A stretch of 62,971 nt of DNA, filler included, from Welwitschia mirabilis (GCA_051453625.1; 6 parts of one record of this genome joined end to end with filler, not necessarily neighbours in it); one strand, 5' to 3'. Counted from the whole stretch's first letter, positions 9,700-24,700 are shown. Numbers and translations are program-made. Notes: a model not told the origin generated them from the letters alone.

Positions 9700-12600
9700 A
9701 ATATCAACCAATCTAATAAGGACATGGGTATGTGGAATTTAATTTAAACACTTATTAAATTAAACCAACCAAAGTTTTGTAGGAGGTTCAAATCCATTAA
9801 AAGCAGAAGCATAACTAAGTAATGTTGAAAAGGTTATAGGCATCTTAACATGTAATAATATGAAAAGGCTTCTTTAGCTTTTTACATATTACAAAGAAAA
9901 TCTAACTCATGGTGGAAAATTTAGATGAGGTAGAACTTCCATCAAGAGAGTTTGAGCACGTATTTAGGGGAAAGTAGGTCACTAAGTTCTACATTCATCA
10001 AAAAGATTACCAAATTCTACAATCTCAGGTAACCCTATAATGTGACCATAGATTCTTATAAATGTAAATTTGTGGAATTATTAAGATATGTATTGCGTAT
10101 GCATCTTGATGAAGAAGACAAAAAATCTCTTTATTAATATGCTTCTTCCTTCTGTTATTGCTAAAGTATCTATGTTTTAATCCAAAATTTTAGCTAAGGC
10201 TATAGAGAAAGAAAAAATAGCAAAACAAAATTGGTAAAGACAACAAGAAAATAAGAAATGAATTCCTTCTAGGGATTTCAGATTTTAGGAAAATCAACCA
10301 CATGTATCTCATTACAATAAGAATTGAAATTTTAATAGGAGTAATGTTACTAGTAATAATATTAGATATAGGAATTTTAACCAAGATAAACATTCATCAT
10401 TTAAGAGAAGTTAGAATGTTGCTAGTCAAAATCACATGAAAAATCAACCATAAATATTCAATTTTAAGCAAAATCCTTGCCAAATTCATTATCAAGATGG
10501 ATTTAACAATGGCTTTTAAGGCTTTATCTTTAAAGCGAAGCATAAGGACAAAGAATGTCCATTACTTACTAAGAGTTATCTTAGCCAAAAATCAAAAAAT
10601 CCTCAAGGATCACATACCATTCAACAACCAATTGGATAACTTCAAGTAGTAGTAGATAATAAAAGGGTACAATTTTAGAGCTTAGTCATAGAAGGTAAAA
10701 TTTACATAATAATACAAAAATAACTATTTTAATTGATTGTGGAGTAACACATTACTTTATATTTCGTAAAGATATTTTAAGAGAAAAATTATGTTGTATT
10801 CCAATTAAGGAATGCATAGAGCTTGCACATGGATCCATAGCTAAGGTTAATTAATAGGTTCAAAACTAGACTTTATCTATAAGTGAGGGAAATTTCCAAA
10901 TCCAACTAGTTATTATCAACCTATGAAAATATGATATTGTTTTGAGAATGAATTAGTTAGTGTAGAATGAGGAAGTTATAAATTTTAAGAGGTGTCAGGT
11001 ATACATGACAAATCATGGTTAAATAATAACCCTTCAAGGTCAATCCAAATCAGTTATAGATAATTAAAGCCAAACATATAAAGAATAAAATGAAAAGAGG
11101 TCATTATTTTATATGCTTTGTTCAATATCAACTATAATATAAAGGAAAGAGAAACTTCAGTAGGGAACATATCAATAATCTAAGATTATCTTGATGTATT
11201 TACAAAACAATTACTAAGAATGTTACCTATTCAAAAAGTTGAGTTTGCTATTGATTTAATTCCAGGAACTCAACCTATTTTGAAGGCACCATATAGAATG
11301 TCTCCTATGAAAATAAAAGAATTAAAAATTTAACTTGAAATACTTATACAAAAGGATTTTATTCANNNNNNNNNNNNNNNNNNNNNNNNNNNNNNNNNNN
11401 NNNNNNNNNNNNNNNNNNNNNNNNNNNNNNNNNNNNNNNNNNNNNNNNNNNNNNNNNNNNNNNNNNNNNNNNNNNNNNNNNNNNNNNNNNNNNNNNNNNN
11501 NNNNNNNNNNNNNNNNNNNNNNNNNNNNNNNNNNNNNNNNNNNNNNNNNNNNNNNNNNNNNNNNNNNNNNNNNNNNNNNNNNNNNNNNNNNNNNNNNNNN
11601 NNNNNNNNNNNNNNNNNNNNNNNNNNNNNNNNNNNNNNNNNNNNNNNNNNNNNNNNNNNNNNNNNNNNNNNNNNNNNNNNNNNNNNNNNNNNNNNNNNNN
11701 NNNNNNNNNNNNNNNNNNNNNNNNNNNNNNNNNNNNNNNNNNNNNNNNNNNNNNNNNNNNNNNNNNNNNACCTTATAGAATGTCTCCTACAGAAATGAAA
11801 AAATTAAAAATTCAACTTGAAGAACTTCTACAAAAAGGTTTTATTCGTCCTAGTATATCATCATGAGGTGCACTAGTGTTATTTGTAAAGAAAAAGGATG
11901 GAACACTTAGGTTAGGTAATGATTATAGATAGTTAAATAAAGTTACAATTAAAAACAAGTATTATTATCAAGAATAGATGATCTCTTTGACCAACTCAAG
12001 GAATCTAAAGTATTTTTCAAAGTTGATTTAAAACCTAGATATCATCAGGTTTAAATTAAGGAAGAATATAAAATAGCTTTTATAACTTACTATGGGAATT
12101 ATGAGTTCACTTTCATGATTTTTGATTTAACTAATGCCCCTGTAGTATTCATGAGCCTTATGAATAACATATTTTATGCATATATTCATTCCTTTATAAT
12201 TGTATTTATTGATGATAGTATTGTATATTCTAAGTCTTAGGGGGAACATAAGAAACATTTGCGAATATTCTTTCATACTTGAAGAAATCATCAAATACAT
12301 GCTAACATGGAAAAATATTCTTTCTAAAAGGAATTAATTTAGTTCTTGGATCATGTAGTATCTATGGAGGGTATATTGGTTAATCTAGATAAAGTTAAGA
12401 AAATTAGGGAATGATCAATATCTACAACTATTATTAAGATTAGAAGTTTCTTTAATTTTTTGAGGTACCATCGTCAATGCATTTAAACTTATCTAAGATA
12501 GCTTTTTTTCTAACAAGTCTTCTAAGGAAGAAATAAATACTTTTAGTAAATAGAAAAATGTGAACAATCCTTTAATTATCTCAAAGAGTGTTTAATTAGT

Positions 12601-14300
12601 ACTTTAGTTTTAGTAATTTCAGATGGTTGCAAAGCCTTTTTAGTTTATACTAATGCATCGTGAGAAGGTCTTAAGTTATGAATAAGATAAAAGAGTAATA
12701 GCATATAGATCAAGGAAACTTAAGAAAATAAGAGAAATTACCCTATTCATGATCTTGAACTAGATGTAATAGTACTCAATTTAAAGTTCTGAAAGAGTTA
12801 TTGTTATGGTGTTAAATTTCAAGTTTAAACTGATCATAAGAGTTTAAAATACATTTTCACCTAACCAACCTTAGGTAAAGAAAATAGATGAAATTTCTAT
12901 GTGATTTTGATCTTAAAATTTGATACTATGAAGGCAAAGAGAATAAAGTTGTAGATTCTCTTAATATACATGACTATTTTAAAGTAATTATGGAAATTCC
13001 AACTTAGATACTTGATATTATTATAAAGGGTTAAAAAAGGGATAAAAATTATTAAAAATTAAAGGATTACTTAGAAAAATCAATAGATTTAGGAGACTTT
13101 AGTATTAATTTGAAAGGTATTATTAAATTCAAGGGAATATTTGGTTCCTAATGTAGATGAGATCAAATAAAATCTAATGTTTAAATTTCATAATCTACTA
13201 ATATTAGGCCATCCTAAAGGAATAAAAATGTATCAAAACATGAAGCAAAAATGATGGTAGAACATAGGAATCCAATAAGACTAATCTATTCTTATAATGT
13301 TTTAAAATTTAAATGGGATGTGATTTACATAGATTTTATATTAAGGATTTTAAGAATTTGAAGAGATAATAACTTAATTATGATTATAATTGATAGAAAA
13401 ACTAAGTTAGCACACTTCATTACAATAAAGTATACTTAGAATATAGCTAAAGTGTACATCTAAAATGTTATTAGTTTACATGGTGTTCCGTTAGTGATTA
13501 TTTCTAATAGAGATTTAGAACTTACCTTTAAATTTTAGCAGGAACTACAAGTGAATTTAGGAACTAAGCTAAATATAAGTAGGATAATTCACTATTAAAT
13601 AAATGATAGGAAAAAAGAGTCAATCAAATCCTAGAATATCATCTTAGGACATGTGTTTTTAATAAGTCTAAGAGTTGAAAACAATACCTACGATTATTGG
13701 AATTTCTATATAATAATAGTTATTAAAGTTCTATTCAAATGACTCCATTTGAAGCCTTATATGTGGGAAATGTAGGACACCCACTATATAGATTAAAATT
13801 AAAGAAATATTGATGATAGGATTATAAATGTTATAAGAAATAGAAACTAAGATAAAAACTATTAAGAATAGACTAAATAAACTAGTAGATAGATAAAAGA
13901 TGTATGCAGATCATCAAAGAAGAGACCTTGAACTTCAAGTAGGTAATCATTTCTTCCTCATAGTGCATCAATGAAATCAGTTATGTAAGAAGTTAAGAAA
14001 TTAAAATTAGCCCCTAAATTTATTAGACTATTTTAGATATTGAAATGAATTTGACCTGTTACATACAAACTTGCTCTACCTTCCCAACTGTTATACATGC
14101 ATAATGTTTTCATGTGAATATGCTAAGAAAATATATTGCATGTTCTTTTGATGTATTGAAGTAGTGTTGGACCAATGAACTATTACTTTGTGAAATAAGG
14201 AAATCTATTAATTAAAGATAAAAAGAAGTAATTATAGTTTTAATGAAGCTACTTAGGAGCTAAAATAATCAATAAAAAATTAATACCTAAGCCTTTTTGA
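9700..14300 (+). pseudogene. Decayed Tekay/Del-like Ty3/Gypsy gag-pol
   Basis: gag: FVGGSNPLKAEA (~9777). Protease: LIDCGVTHYF (~10730). [50 protein letters not shown]. RNase H: VYTNAS, YPIHDLEL, TDHKSLKYIF. Integrase: LHGVPLVIISNRD, MTPFEALY, LPSQL.YMHNVFHV. Confidence 0.9.
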
Positions 14301-14369
14301 ATTCTATAATATGTAATCTTGGACTTTTAAATCCTTATGTACTTTGATTTTCAAGAGTGAACCCTTTTT

Positions 14370-14382
14370 AAGTGGGGGAGTA
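14370..14382 (+). promoter_or_regulatory. Polypurine tract of the Tekay-like element
   Basis: AAGTGGGGGAGTA follows a T run downstream of the integrase. Confidence 0.75.
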
Positions 14383-15473
14383 GGTTATACCTCACATTCT
14401 ATAATCTTTAATTAGTGAACATAATTTAAATTTTGATATCAAATAAAAATTCTTCTTTTCGTTAATTTAAGGCATATAAGAATTAATGTATAGCTTTATG
14501 ATTAATAATGTATTATATTTCTTATGCCTATTGTGACGTGAATTTGTGCAATATTAAATATGTAGATCTTGTAAATCACAAACACTTTTATAAAAACACA
14601 CACTAGTATAGAGGGGAGTTAACTCAAATGTTGTAATCTATTAAAAGAAATAAGTTAGAAGTTAGAGAATTTATTTTAACAAATTACTTTTATTATTTTT
14701 TTATTTAGTAAATTAAAATAAAAATAATTCAAATGTAATGCAAGATGAATGATAATAAAATGAAAATGCAATGAATGATGAATCTATTTGGCTACTAATA
14801 TTCCTATCACTAAGATTAGTTGTTCTAACTTAGATTAATTACAAAAACTATTATGTAACCTTAATCAACATAAGCTATAAAATACATCAAACAAAATATG
14901 TAATTATGGAGATGCAATATGAAATGAATGCAAATCTAAACTAATAGTAGTAATCTTAACGAAGTTTATCCTCATGATCTACATCAATTATGAAGCTGTC
15001 ACGAAAACATAACCAACTTAAACCATGAGGGTGATTTACACAATAGAAGTGAAAGACTTCTTGTATTAATCACAAATTAACATCCACTTATAAATAAAAT
15101 AGTAGCATCTCAATGGAGGATACTTAGTCCAACCCCAGAAAAGACTTCTCTTTATAGCTATGAATGGACCTCTTATTCTTCAATCTCCTAGCATAAGAAT
15201 ATTTGATACAAAAGGTGAATTGGAAATGAGGACAAGGGAGGTATTTATATTTTTACATTGAGGGTTCTAAAAATAAAATCATAGAAGTTAAAGAAGAAAC
15301 CCTAGCATCCCTAACAGGGCATATGAGCCCATTACAGAAATAATTAGATTTATTTATATAAAATAGTGGTCATCCTTCCTATCATATAGACAACACTGGG
15401 AATAATGCTCTGTAATAATAGATGAGTTATTAGATTTTTACCCTATAGATAGCCCCATAGTCTAGAGTCCATG

Positions 15474-18400
15474 TGTTGCACTATCAATTTATGGTTATTT
15501 GATAGGGTTTTATAAGTTATTTTACAGGACTTTTATACAATTTTAGGTGCAATACTAAGGATTTAAAGATAGAAGAGGAAATATCAAANNNNNNNNNNNN
15601 NNNNNNNNNNNNNNNNNNNNNNNNNNNNNNNNNNNNNNNNNNNNNNNNNNNNNNNNNNNNNNNNNNNNNNNNNNNNNNNNNNNNNNNNNNNNNNNNNNNN
15701 NNNNNNNNNNNNNNNNNNNNNNNNNNNNNNNNNNNNNNNNNNNNNNNNNNNNNNNNNNNNNNNNNNNNNNNNNNNNNNNNNNNNNNNNNNNNNNNNNNNN
15801 NNNNNNNNNNNNNNNNNNNNNNNNNNNNNNNNNNNNNNNNNNNNNNNNNNNNNNNNNNNNNNNNNNNNNNNNNNNNNNNNNNNNNNNNNNNNNNNNNNNN
15901 NNNNNNNNNNNNNNNNNNNNNNNNNNNNNNNNNNNNNNNNNNNNNNNNNNNNNNNNNNNNNNNNNNNNNNNNNNNNNNNNNNNNNNNNNATACTAAGGAT
16001 TTAAAGATAGAAGAGGAAATATCAAAAATGTGTGATTCTTTTTTAAATTTAATGTATTAAAGGCACTTTCTACTGCATAGAGCTTTGAAGAAGAATTATT
16101 GACAAAAATGCTAAGTTCTCTTTAAGAAAATAATCAAATAAGACCATCATCCCCTATGTCTTCTTCATAATAGGTAGGACGATGACTACTGATGTGGACT
16201 GTTAAATCACTATTGAGTCATAATTCTGAGGCATCGTTTCTAATGTGCTGTTATCCTCGTTGTCTTTTGGACTATTATCCAGATGACACTGACATGTAAC
16301 TGACTCTGATAATGATCTTTAACTATTTGTCCATTTCATTTATGGGTGCACCTAACTACATGTACCATTTTTCTTTTTCTGCTATGAGTTATTATAAATA
16401 AATCCTCCTTTAGCTCTTCTTCTTATCTTGATTTCACTGAAAATTCTCATGATAGAATATCAAAGGATGAGAGATCCATCTTGAATGTTGCAAAACGATG
16501 TGCACATGGTTAAGGGCTAAGTATCCTCCATTGAGACATGGCTATTTTCTAACCAAGATGCTTGTTACTATTTCTTAATATAAACCTTGTTTTGTTTTCA
16601 TATTTGCATTGTAGATTTTCTGATGATCCTTATATTCTATGTTTCCTTTGATTTGGTGATAATTTTTTAGGTGATAGATTATCCATGATAACCTTTATTA
16701 AGGTTAAAAGCAACTAGTGTTTGTTCATTTTACATTTCATATAGATTAGTTGAACTTTGCATTTGCATTGCATTCCTTTATTTCTCCTGCATTACTATTT
16801 ATTTTGGGTTCTTATTATTATTTTACAAAGCAACTTAAGTCTTTTCTAATACACTTTAATGTGAATACAACATTTAGGGTCTACTTCCACTCATACTAGA
16901 GTGATGTATTGTGTAAGATATCTATTTTGGTTATAAATAATAAGATCTCTTTAAATGTAAAAACTTGCATAAATACATACCATAACATCTTAGCACCAGT
17001 GCCAAGGAAGGCTATTAAGGAGTACAAGGGTTGTCGTTATTTGAGTGAGTATATCGGACCTCTGTTTGGTTATTTGTCTATGTAACATTGTATTTTATTA
17101 GGAGCTAAAGGTTGTCTCTGTGTAGTATTTTATTTTTGATTTCTTTCAGTTTTAGTTTTTGGTAAATATTTATGGTTATTTCTTCTATCATTCTCATTAT
17201 AGACAGGATGACAATGTGTTATTTTTACTTTTAGTTTCATTTTTAGATTATAACTTTTCTAAAATAAATTAGTTTCTTTGTCTTCTATGATATCCATACG
17301 ACTAGGAGGATGATAGTCTTGTTCTTTAAGTTTTCTGTTTTTTGTTTTTAGTTTTGGTTCTGTTTCTTTTTTTTTCTGTGTGTATTTTTTCTACTATTGT
17401 TTCCATGATAGAAAAGATGATGGTCTATAATTTTTTATCTTGTTTTCTATTATTTGCTATTTGCAGGATGCTATAATATGATAAATCTTAAGAAGAAATA
17501 TCAAAGAGAAGGACTGGTGATAGAAAAGAACATTAAAGAAGGATTAATGGATTAGAAAATGCATCAAAAAAGTGATCTCTAGGTGCAATCAAACCTTCTT
17601 CTAAATTTATTTTTTTCAAGTCAGATTTTCTTTATGAAAATCCTATAGAAGGAGAAGACCAATTCACAATGTCTAGTACCTCCCGTAAGTAAATTATAAG
17701 ATCTTCTACCCCTAATGCAAATCTCACCCTTAGAGAATTGTTAGACAATAAAAAAGGAGACATTCAAATACCTTTTGATCTACCCCAAAGAGACGATGTT
17801 GAGTTTAAAAATTTAAATGCCTTCCCGATTTTTAGTGGAGAAAATGATGAGGACTCCCTTCAATACATTATAAAAATTGAACAGTTAATCCTTACCTTGG
17901 GAAATGGAAAGAAAAAAATAACTAATATATAATAATATTTCTCATAACATTAAAGGGTAGAGCGAAACTTTGGCTAAAAACTATCTCCCACAAAATTATA
18001 AAAACATGGGATCAAGTCTAGGAAACCTATATAAAACATTTATGAGTGAAGAAACTATAAGAAAAAGGAAAAAAGAAGTAACAAAATTTCAACAAAAATC
18101 AAATAAATATTATGCCTCTAATTATGAATATTTCTTCATAGCAATCCATTCTAATCTAGTAAATGCTTTTTAAAAATAGAACAAGTAGACTATTTTTATA
18201 GTGGATTTACTCCCCACATGAAATAACTTATATTTTTATCTTGTGATGAAAACCTCATGAACCTTACTTTAGATAATTCCTAGAAAAAATTAGAAGAGCT
18301 GGTGGAGGTTAGTCAAACTTGGTTAACTCCTAAAAAAATCTAGCTGTAGGCCAACTCATTAAAGATTTAAAAGAAGTTAAACAACAAAAATAGGTAGACT

Positions 18401-21400
18401 CCAATCCTACAAATTCCATAAGAGATTTTACAATAACCTTAGAGAAGTATGTAGAAATGATCTTAGATGCCAAAATAGCAACAGAAAGAAATGTTACGCA
18501 AACCTATGATTTATGTGAGGATAATTATCATCTCACTAAAAACTATTATCTTTTGCCAACATAAAAAGNNNNNNNNNNNNNNNNNNNNNNNNNNNNNNNN
18601 NNNNNNNNNNNNTTAATTAATTAANNNNNNNNNNNNNNNNNNNNNNNNNNNNNNNNNNNNNNNNNNNNAGTACTCTCCCTTACTCCTCTCTTCATTCAAT
18701 TTACTTTATTTTTTTGAAAATCTTTAGACTAAAATAGGTCCTTAATTTTTCCTTCTTTCTTTTTAATAAAAGTGTGCTTTAGATTTAGGAATTAAATAAA
18801 ATTTACTTGTCTTATTATTTCTTTTAGTTTTTTATTTTGATAGTTTCAGATTTTATTTTCTGTTTATGTTTGTAGTTTTTATTTTCTATTTTTGGAATAA
18901 TAATCTGTCACCTTGCTTACTGTCCCCATGACAAGCTAGATGACAGTCAGTTTTGTTAATTTTTCTAGCTTTCTAATATTTTTTAATGTTTTTTAACAAT
19001 TTTCTATTTTTTGTCTTTTTCGTCCTCTTAGTCATCTAGACTATGAGTAAGATGATAATCAATAAAACATTGATTTTTGCTTTTTTATTATTTTGAGAAA
19101 ATAAATTTTCTATGGCTTTGTTGAGATTTTTGACTTGACTTCTTGAGAATTATAGGAAGTAAATGGGAAAAATTTGGAATTACATAAGTAAATCATCTGA
19201 ATTTTCTGTTATATTTTTCCTTTAAAATATTATCATGGCATTACTTAATGATTTTTCAAACATGATTTATGTATTTATTTCCATGATTAGTCTTTTGACT
19301 TAGGCATTTCAGTGGTAAGATTGGATTCACCCAATATTAGGACATTCACAAGTCTATAAACTTCAATTTGAAGGAAGATGCTTTATTTTTGATGTTTTTC
19401 TTAATGGTGAAAAGATCTTAGATTTTTTAAAGTATTCTTTTTTGTCTTAATCTTATGACTTTTTACTTTGTCTTATGGAGTATTTGGTCATGTAGAATGT
19501 TATTTTGCTTAAAAAAAAAAAGAAAGAAAAAAACAAAGAAAAAGAGAGAGTGAAATAAAGACCATGATATTTTATATTTGTGATATCTCAAAAACATGAT
19601 CACCATGATGTCTATTGCAAGTACACTGAGGTAAATATTTTCAAGAGGAGCCTTTGGTAGTGTAATATGGTAGCTATGGAAACTCCACTGAGAGGTCAAT
19701 TGGCCATGCTTCATAGGTCCTTACTTCTCTGACTGTGATTGCACTCTCTTTATCATGAATAATAAAGTTGTATTTAAACTTTGAGGCTATGAGATCAGTG
19801 GTGTTCTTGGTATCATCAGAGGCATTACTTGTGTTCTAGACTCTTAGTCTTTCCACATGATCATTTTATTTCTTGAGATTTGGGTGTTTGTTTTTGAGAT
19901 GACAATAGGAGAGTTCATTTTTGAGCAGTTCTTTGATCTAATCATTCATTGTTTAAAGCATTTTACTCTAGCATCATCATAATCACTACCTTATCTAATG
20001 AAATTTTTGTACATTAAGTTATGCATTTTTCAAATTAAGTGATATTATGATTTCTTTCATGAGAATATGCTAGGTTAAAATATTAGATCGTTAAGCTATC
20101 TTTTGATTATGTTATCTTATGCCCATTCTTCTTATTTTCTTTTGTAATTTGGATAGTTATTTCAAAGTCATCACCGTATTTTCTTATCATGTTTTCCTTA
20201 TTTAAGTTTTTAATAAAAGATAATTTCTTAGTTAGATAAGTGTTCTTTTCAGATTTTTGGTGTTGTAAGTGCTGCTCATGTTCTTTTTGTGATGGAACAT
20301 TTTTTGTCCACTCTTTTCTTTACCTATCTAAATATTTCATATCTCTATATTTTTCAAATCTGACATTACTCAGCTTTGCACTTTATTTTGGAAAGTTGTC
20401 CTCTTTTATCTACATTCTCACTCTCATCTACTTTCTTTACTTTATTTTTCAATATGGGGCATATTATTTCTTCTTTGGGGAGGGAGTAAAGACCCATTTT
20501 CAAAAATTTTTAACTTAATTTAGATCTTTTATGAGATAAAACTTTCAAAATTTGCATACACATTATGCACTACTTGTTATTTATCCATGTAATGTTTTTT
20601 ATGAGCCTATTTTATAACCTCCAGATTTATCTTTTGCAAAATAAATTGGCTCACAATCATAGTTTTTCTGCCTAGTTTTTATGAGGAACTATCAAAGGTT
20701 AAGTGGGAGGCTATGTTGCACTACTAATTTGTGGTTATTTAATGGGGTTTTATGAGTTGTTTTATAGGACTTTTATATAGGTTTAGGTGCAATATTAAGG
20801 ATTTTGGAGATACAAGAGGAAATCTCAGAAATGTGTGATTCTTATCCAAATTTGATGTATTAAAGGCACTTTATGATGCACAGATCTTTGAAGAAGGATG
20901 ATTGACAAAAATGCTAAGTTCTATTCAAGAAAATAATCAAAAAATATCCTCATCCCCTACATTGTCCCCATGATAGGTAGGACAATGACTACTGATATGG
21001 ACTGCTTAATCACTACTAAGTCATCATTCTAGGTCATCATTTGTAATCTGCTATCATCTTCATTTTTATTTAGACGATAGTTCAAATGACACTAATATGT
21101 AACCAACTCTAATAAAAATCTTTGACTATTTTATTTGTTTCATTTATGAGCACACCTAACTGCACCTACCTTTTGTCTTTTTTTGCTATGAGTTATTATA
21201 AATAAATCATCCTTTGACTCTCCTTTTCATTGTTGTTGCATCAAAAATTCTTATGACAGAAGATTGAAGGGCAGGAGATCCATCTTAAATGTTATAGAAA
21301 GACGTGCACTTGGTGGAGGGCTATGTATCATCCATTGAGACCTGACTATTTTTTAACCAGGATGCTTGTTACTCTTTCTTAATATAACCTTATTTTATTT

Positions 21401-21791
21401 TTATATTTGTATTATATATTTTTTGATGACCCTCATAGTTTATGTTACCCTTGATTTGGTGATAATTTTATGGATGATATAAATTATTAAGGGCAGCCTT
21501 TGTTAAAGCTGAAATCAAGTAGTGTTTGTTCATTTTACATTTCATATAAATTAGTTGTACTTTAAATTTGCATTACTTTCCTTTATTTATCCTGCATTGG
21601 TATTTATTTTGGTTCCTATTATTCCTTTACAATGTAACCTAAGTCTCGTCTCATAGACTTCAATGTGAATACAACATTTTGGGGCTACTCCCACTTATAT
21701 TAGAGTGATGTATTATGTAAGATATCTATTTTAGTTATAAATAATAGGATCTCATTGAATTTAAAAACTTACATAAATACACACTGCAACA
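15474..21791 (+). mobile_element. Structurally complete Athila-like element with an internal assembly gap
   Basis: 5' LTR 15474-16987; degenerate PBS TAGCACCAGTGCCAAGGA at 16991; gag remnant; PPT AAGTGGGAGG at 20701; 3' LTR 20714-21791; TSD CCATG/ACATG. Confidence 0.85.
17669..18568 (+). pseudogene. gag: Athila-like gag remnant
   Basis: Fragments FKNLNAFPIFSGENDEDSLQYI, LKGRAKLWLK, VTKFQQKSN and FYSGFTP lie downstream of the PBS. Confidence 0.75.
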
Positions 21792-24700
21792 ACATGTCAG
21801 CACACTATCGTCCTATCATCTAGATGACATAATGAATGATAGGCCTCTTAAGCTTTCTAGTCAAGAGAAATCAGTCTTCTACATCATTGATCTTTCCTTC
21901 AAAACACTAAGTATTAGAATATATTTGAAATACCTTAAAATATGTCAAGAATTACCTCATTTTGTAATCATCCAGTTATTCATAATCATCAGAATTGCAT
22001 CTAAACTTGTATAAATATCCTGTGAAAGTACTCGAAATACCCTATCAAATACATACAAATTCGCATCATAATAATGTTAAAATATATATTTTAAATTATA
22101 GATACTTATAAGATCACTTAATTAATGTTAATGTTAAATAATTTTATTAGTTAAAAATAACAATAAAAATAAGAATTTTAATAGGAAAAGAAATTAATAA
22201 ATAAAGGATATCCAATTATTAATACTAAATAAATGTACTTATGCTAAGACATGTTATTTACATGGTTAAATAGTTAAATTATAAAGTTAATATAAAGGTA
22301 TAAAGTAATAATAAAATCTTTATAAAAATGACATGTGATATCTTTCTTTTAATCATTTATCTATGTGTCTTATTCAAATATAAAAATAAATTAAAAAACT
22401 AAACTAACTTGGTAAATATAAAAGAATAATAAGTAGATAAAAAGTAAGAGTACTATGTTTAAGTATGATAATTCTTATATTTAATTATGACATTTTTTCT
22501 ATATTCAATTATGACATTTCTTTTTTGTGATATGTGTTGTTGATGTAATGGATTATGAAACGTTAAACATGAAAATAAGGACATGCATTCTTATACATAA
22601 ACCAAAAAATGATAAATGAGTAAAATTTGTTCTATCATGCTTTTTATTGTTATTGATATTTGTGAAAGTAATTTATGTATAAAATATTATTTTTCTTATT
22701 GTGTTACATGGTAGTTTTCGAATTGGTGCATTTATTTTTTAAGCATTTTATACATTATTTAAAATATATTTAGATTTATTATAAGCCTATGAAGGATTAA
22801 GAAGAAACTAGCATGAGGAAATGATGCATGTAAATAATTTTGCTAACTAAAGTAAGAAAATTACTCACCCAAGTTAGGTGTATAAGTCATAAATAAGATT
22901 ATTTTTATCATTGACAAATCACTTTCACTTCTTATGCAAGTTCTTATAACTTTTCATTGATAAATCTTATCAATTTTCATTCATGTATAAATATGACTTC
23001 TATAAAAGATCATCTAACTTGTCATTAATCAATCTTTTATTTGTTATTTATATGTTTATGTTACTTTTACACAAACCCACCCAAATTATTATTGATCAAT
23101 ATTATCAAGTAAAAATGATTTCTTTATCTTATGTGTAAAATGATGTAAGTGGTCTTTAATCAATTATATTAAAAACCTTTAATACATCATTTATTTATAA
23201 ATAGAGACATCCTTTTTCTTTTCAAGCTAATATTCTTTAAGAAAGTTTATGCTACCAAAATTTATTCTCAATATTTTATCCTCTTTAGTGTGGAGTTGGT
23301 TCTTGGATCTTGAAGCTTGGAGTTTGAATCTTGGAACTTGAAGCTTGAAATCTTACAATTAGGATCTTAGAGCTTAGGATTTCATCAATGTTCTTCAAGG
23401 ATTATTAATCTTTTGCCCTCTAAGTAGGTTCTTTTTTCATAAGAAGTTTAGCTTCATACTTATATTTCTTGCATTATTCCTGTGCATATAATTATAGTAT
23501 TAATGTAGAATTAATATTATCCCTCCCATTGGCTGAAACTAAAATAAGGAAGAGATTTAAGGGATCTCTTTACATGCTTAACTGAGGGGGTTACTAATAC
23601 ATTTTTTGACCAAGTGATCAGAGAGTTAACTACAATTTTAGGTACCCATATTATTTTACATTATATTAATTTTCAAATGCATTTTAAATTCTTTTTGTAT
23701 TATATTAACATTAGAGATCTGATTAGGATGAATGATTTTGATCCTCATAATCCATTTATGCTAAGCACTTTTTCTTGAAAAATATTAACGCTCTTGATAT
23801 TTGTTGAATTAGTTATCATTGTAAGTTAAGCTTATATTATTTATAATTTATTCTTATCTGAGTTTCATATCGGTTTTATTATTAATGTTTAGTCAAGTTA
23901 TTAATTTTAATAAGTATGAGTTATCATATTCTTAATGTAGTTAAAGTTTATTTTTTCCCCCAAAGTGAAGCATAACTCGAGAAAGCTATAACTCATTTAA
24001 TACTAAATAAACCTTTATAAAAATTTTTATGTAAATTTCAAATTTAAAAGCTTTAAAATAGTTATTTTTTACAGAGTAAAATAATTTTTAAAATTTATTT
24101 TATGAAAATAAATCAAAAACTATAAGTAGAAATAGTAAGTAATCAGCATTAGTTTTGGGAATTAACAACTCATTTTGGGTACAAATTAAGTAGTATAAAT
24201 TGTAAAAATTCAATAAGGTACTTATTCATTTAAAAATTCTAATACATTAAAAGTTATAACCATTTTAGTGTAAGGTATTACTTTATCAACGCTAAACTCT
24301 AGGTAGTTTTATAGTCAAAGTTTGATTATATAACTTGTATCTGTATTAATTTGAATTTAATAAAATTAATTTCTAGGGATAATATGTTGAGGCTATTTTA
24401 AGAAAAGTGAGCCTACTTTATCTTTACATTTTTATGTAATTAATTAGAAATTTCTAGTTTTAATACCTTTTAAAACCCAAACAAATAATTTTAATAATGT
24501 TATAAAATTATTTAGTGTAAGTATTCAATTATTTTAAATATAATATATGATTTATATTTAACTTAAATTTTTTGTTATTTTTATATACTATTTATTAATA
24601 TTTAGACACTTATTCTTACATTTCAAGCATAAACATTAGGTTTGTCAACTTTATAATTCAAAAGATGTGTAGCCCAAACTTTTAGCTTTATTAATGTTTC

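Larger units (their letters stand above)
14529..22073 (-). mobile_element. Athila-like solo LTR (14529-15473 plus 21797-22073) split by a nested element
   Basis: Termini are TATTGTGACG and GCATCATAATA. The family start motif (rc of GAAATACCCTATCAAATACATACAAAT) is at 22034-22060. Flanking 5-mers are ATGCC and ATGTT. Confidence 0.65.

Noticed and set aside
11335..11778. Long ORFs through N runs (also 54500-54862, 31539-31748)
   Set aside because: They are made mostly of X residues from gaps.
15552..16027. Apparent duplication and 400-bp insertion in the 5' LTR
   Set aside because: An identical ~36 bp flanks the N run and the 3' LTR is contiguous here, so this is an unmerged contig overlap.
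20240..20518. Hydrophobic small ORFs (also 19463, 45506, 48958, 58463)
   Set aside because: They are F/L/I-rich translations of T-rich TE non-coding or antisense sequence with no recognisable domain.
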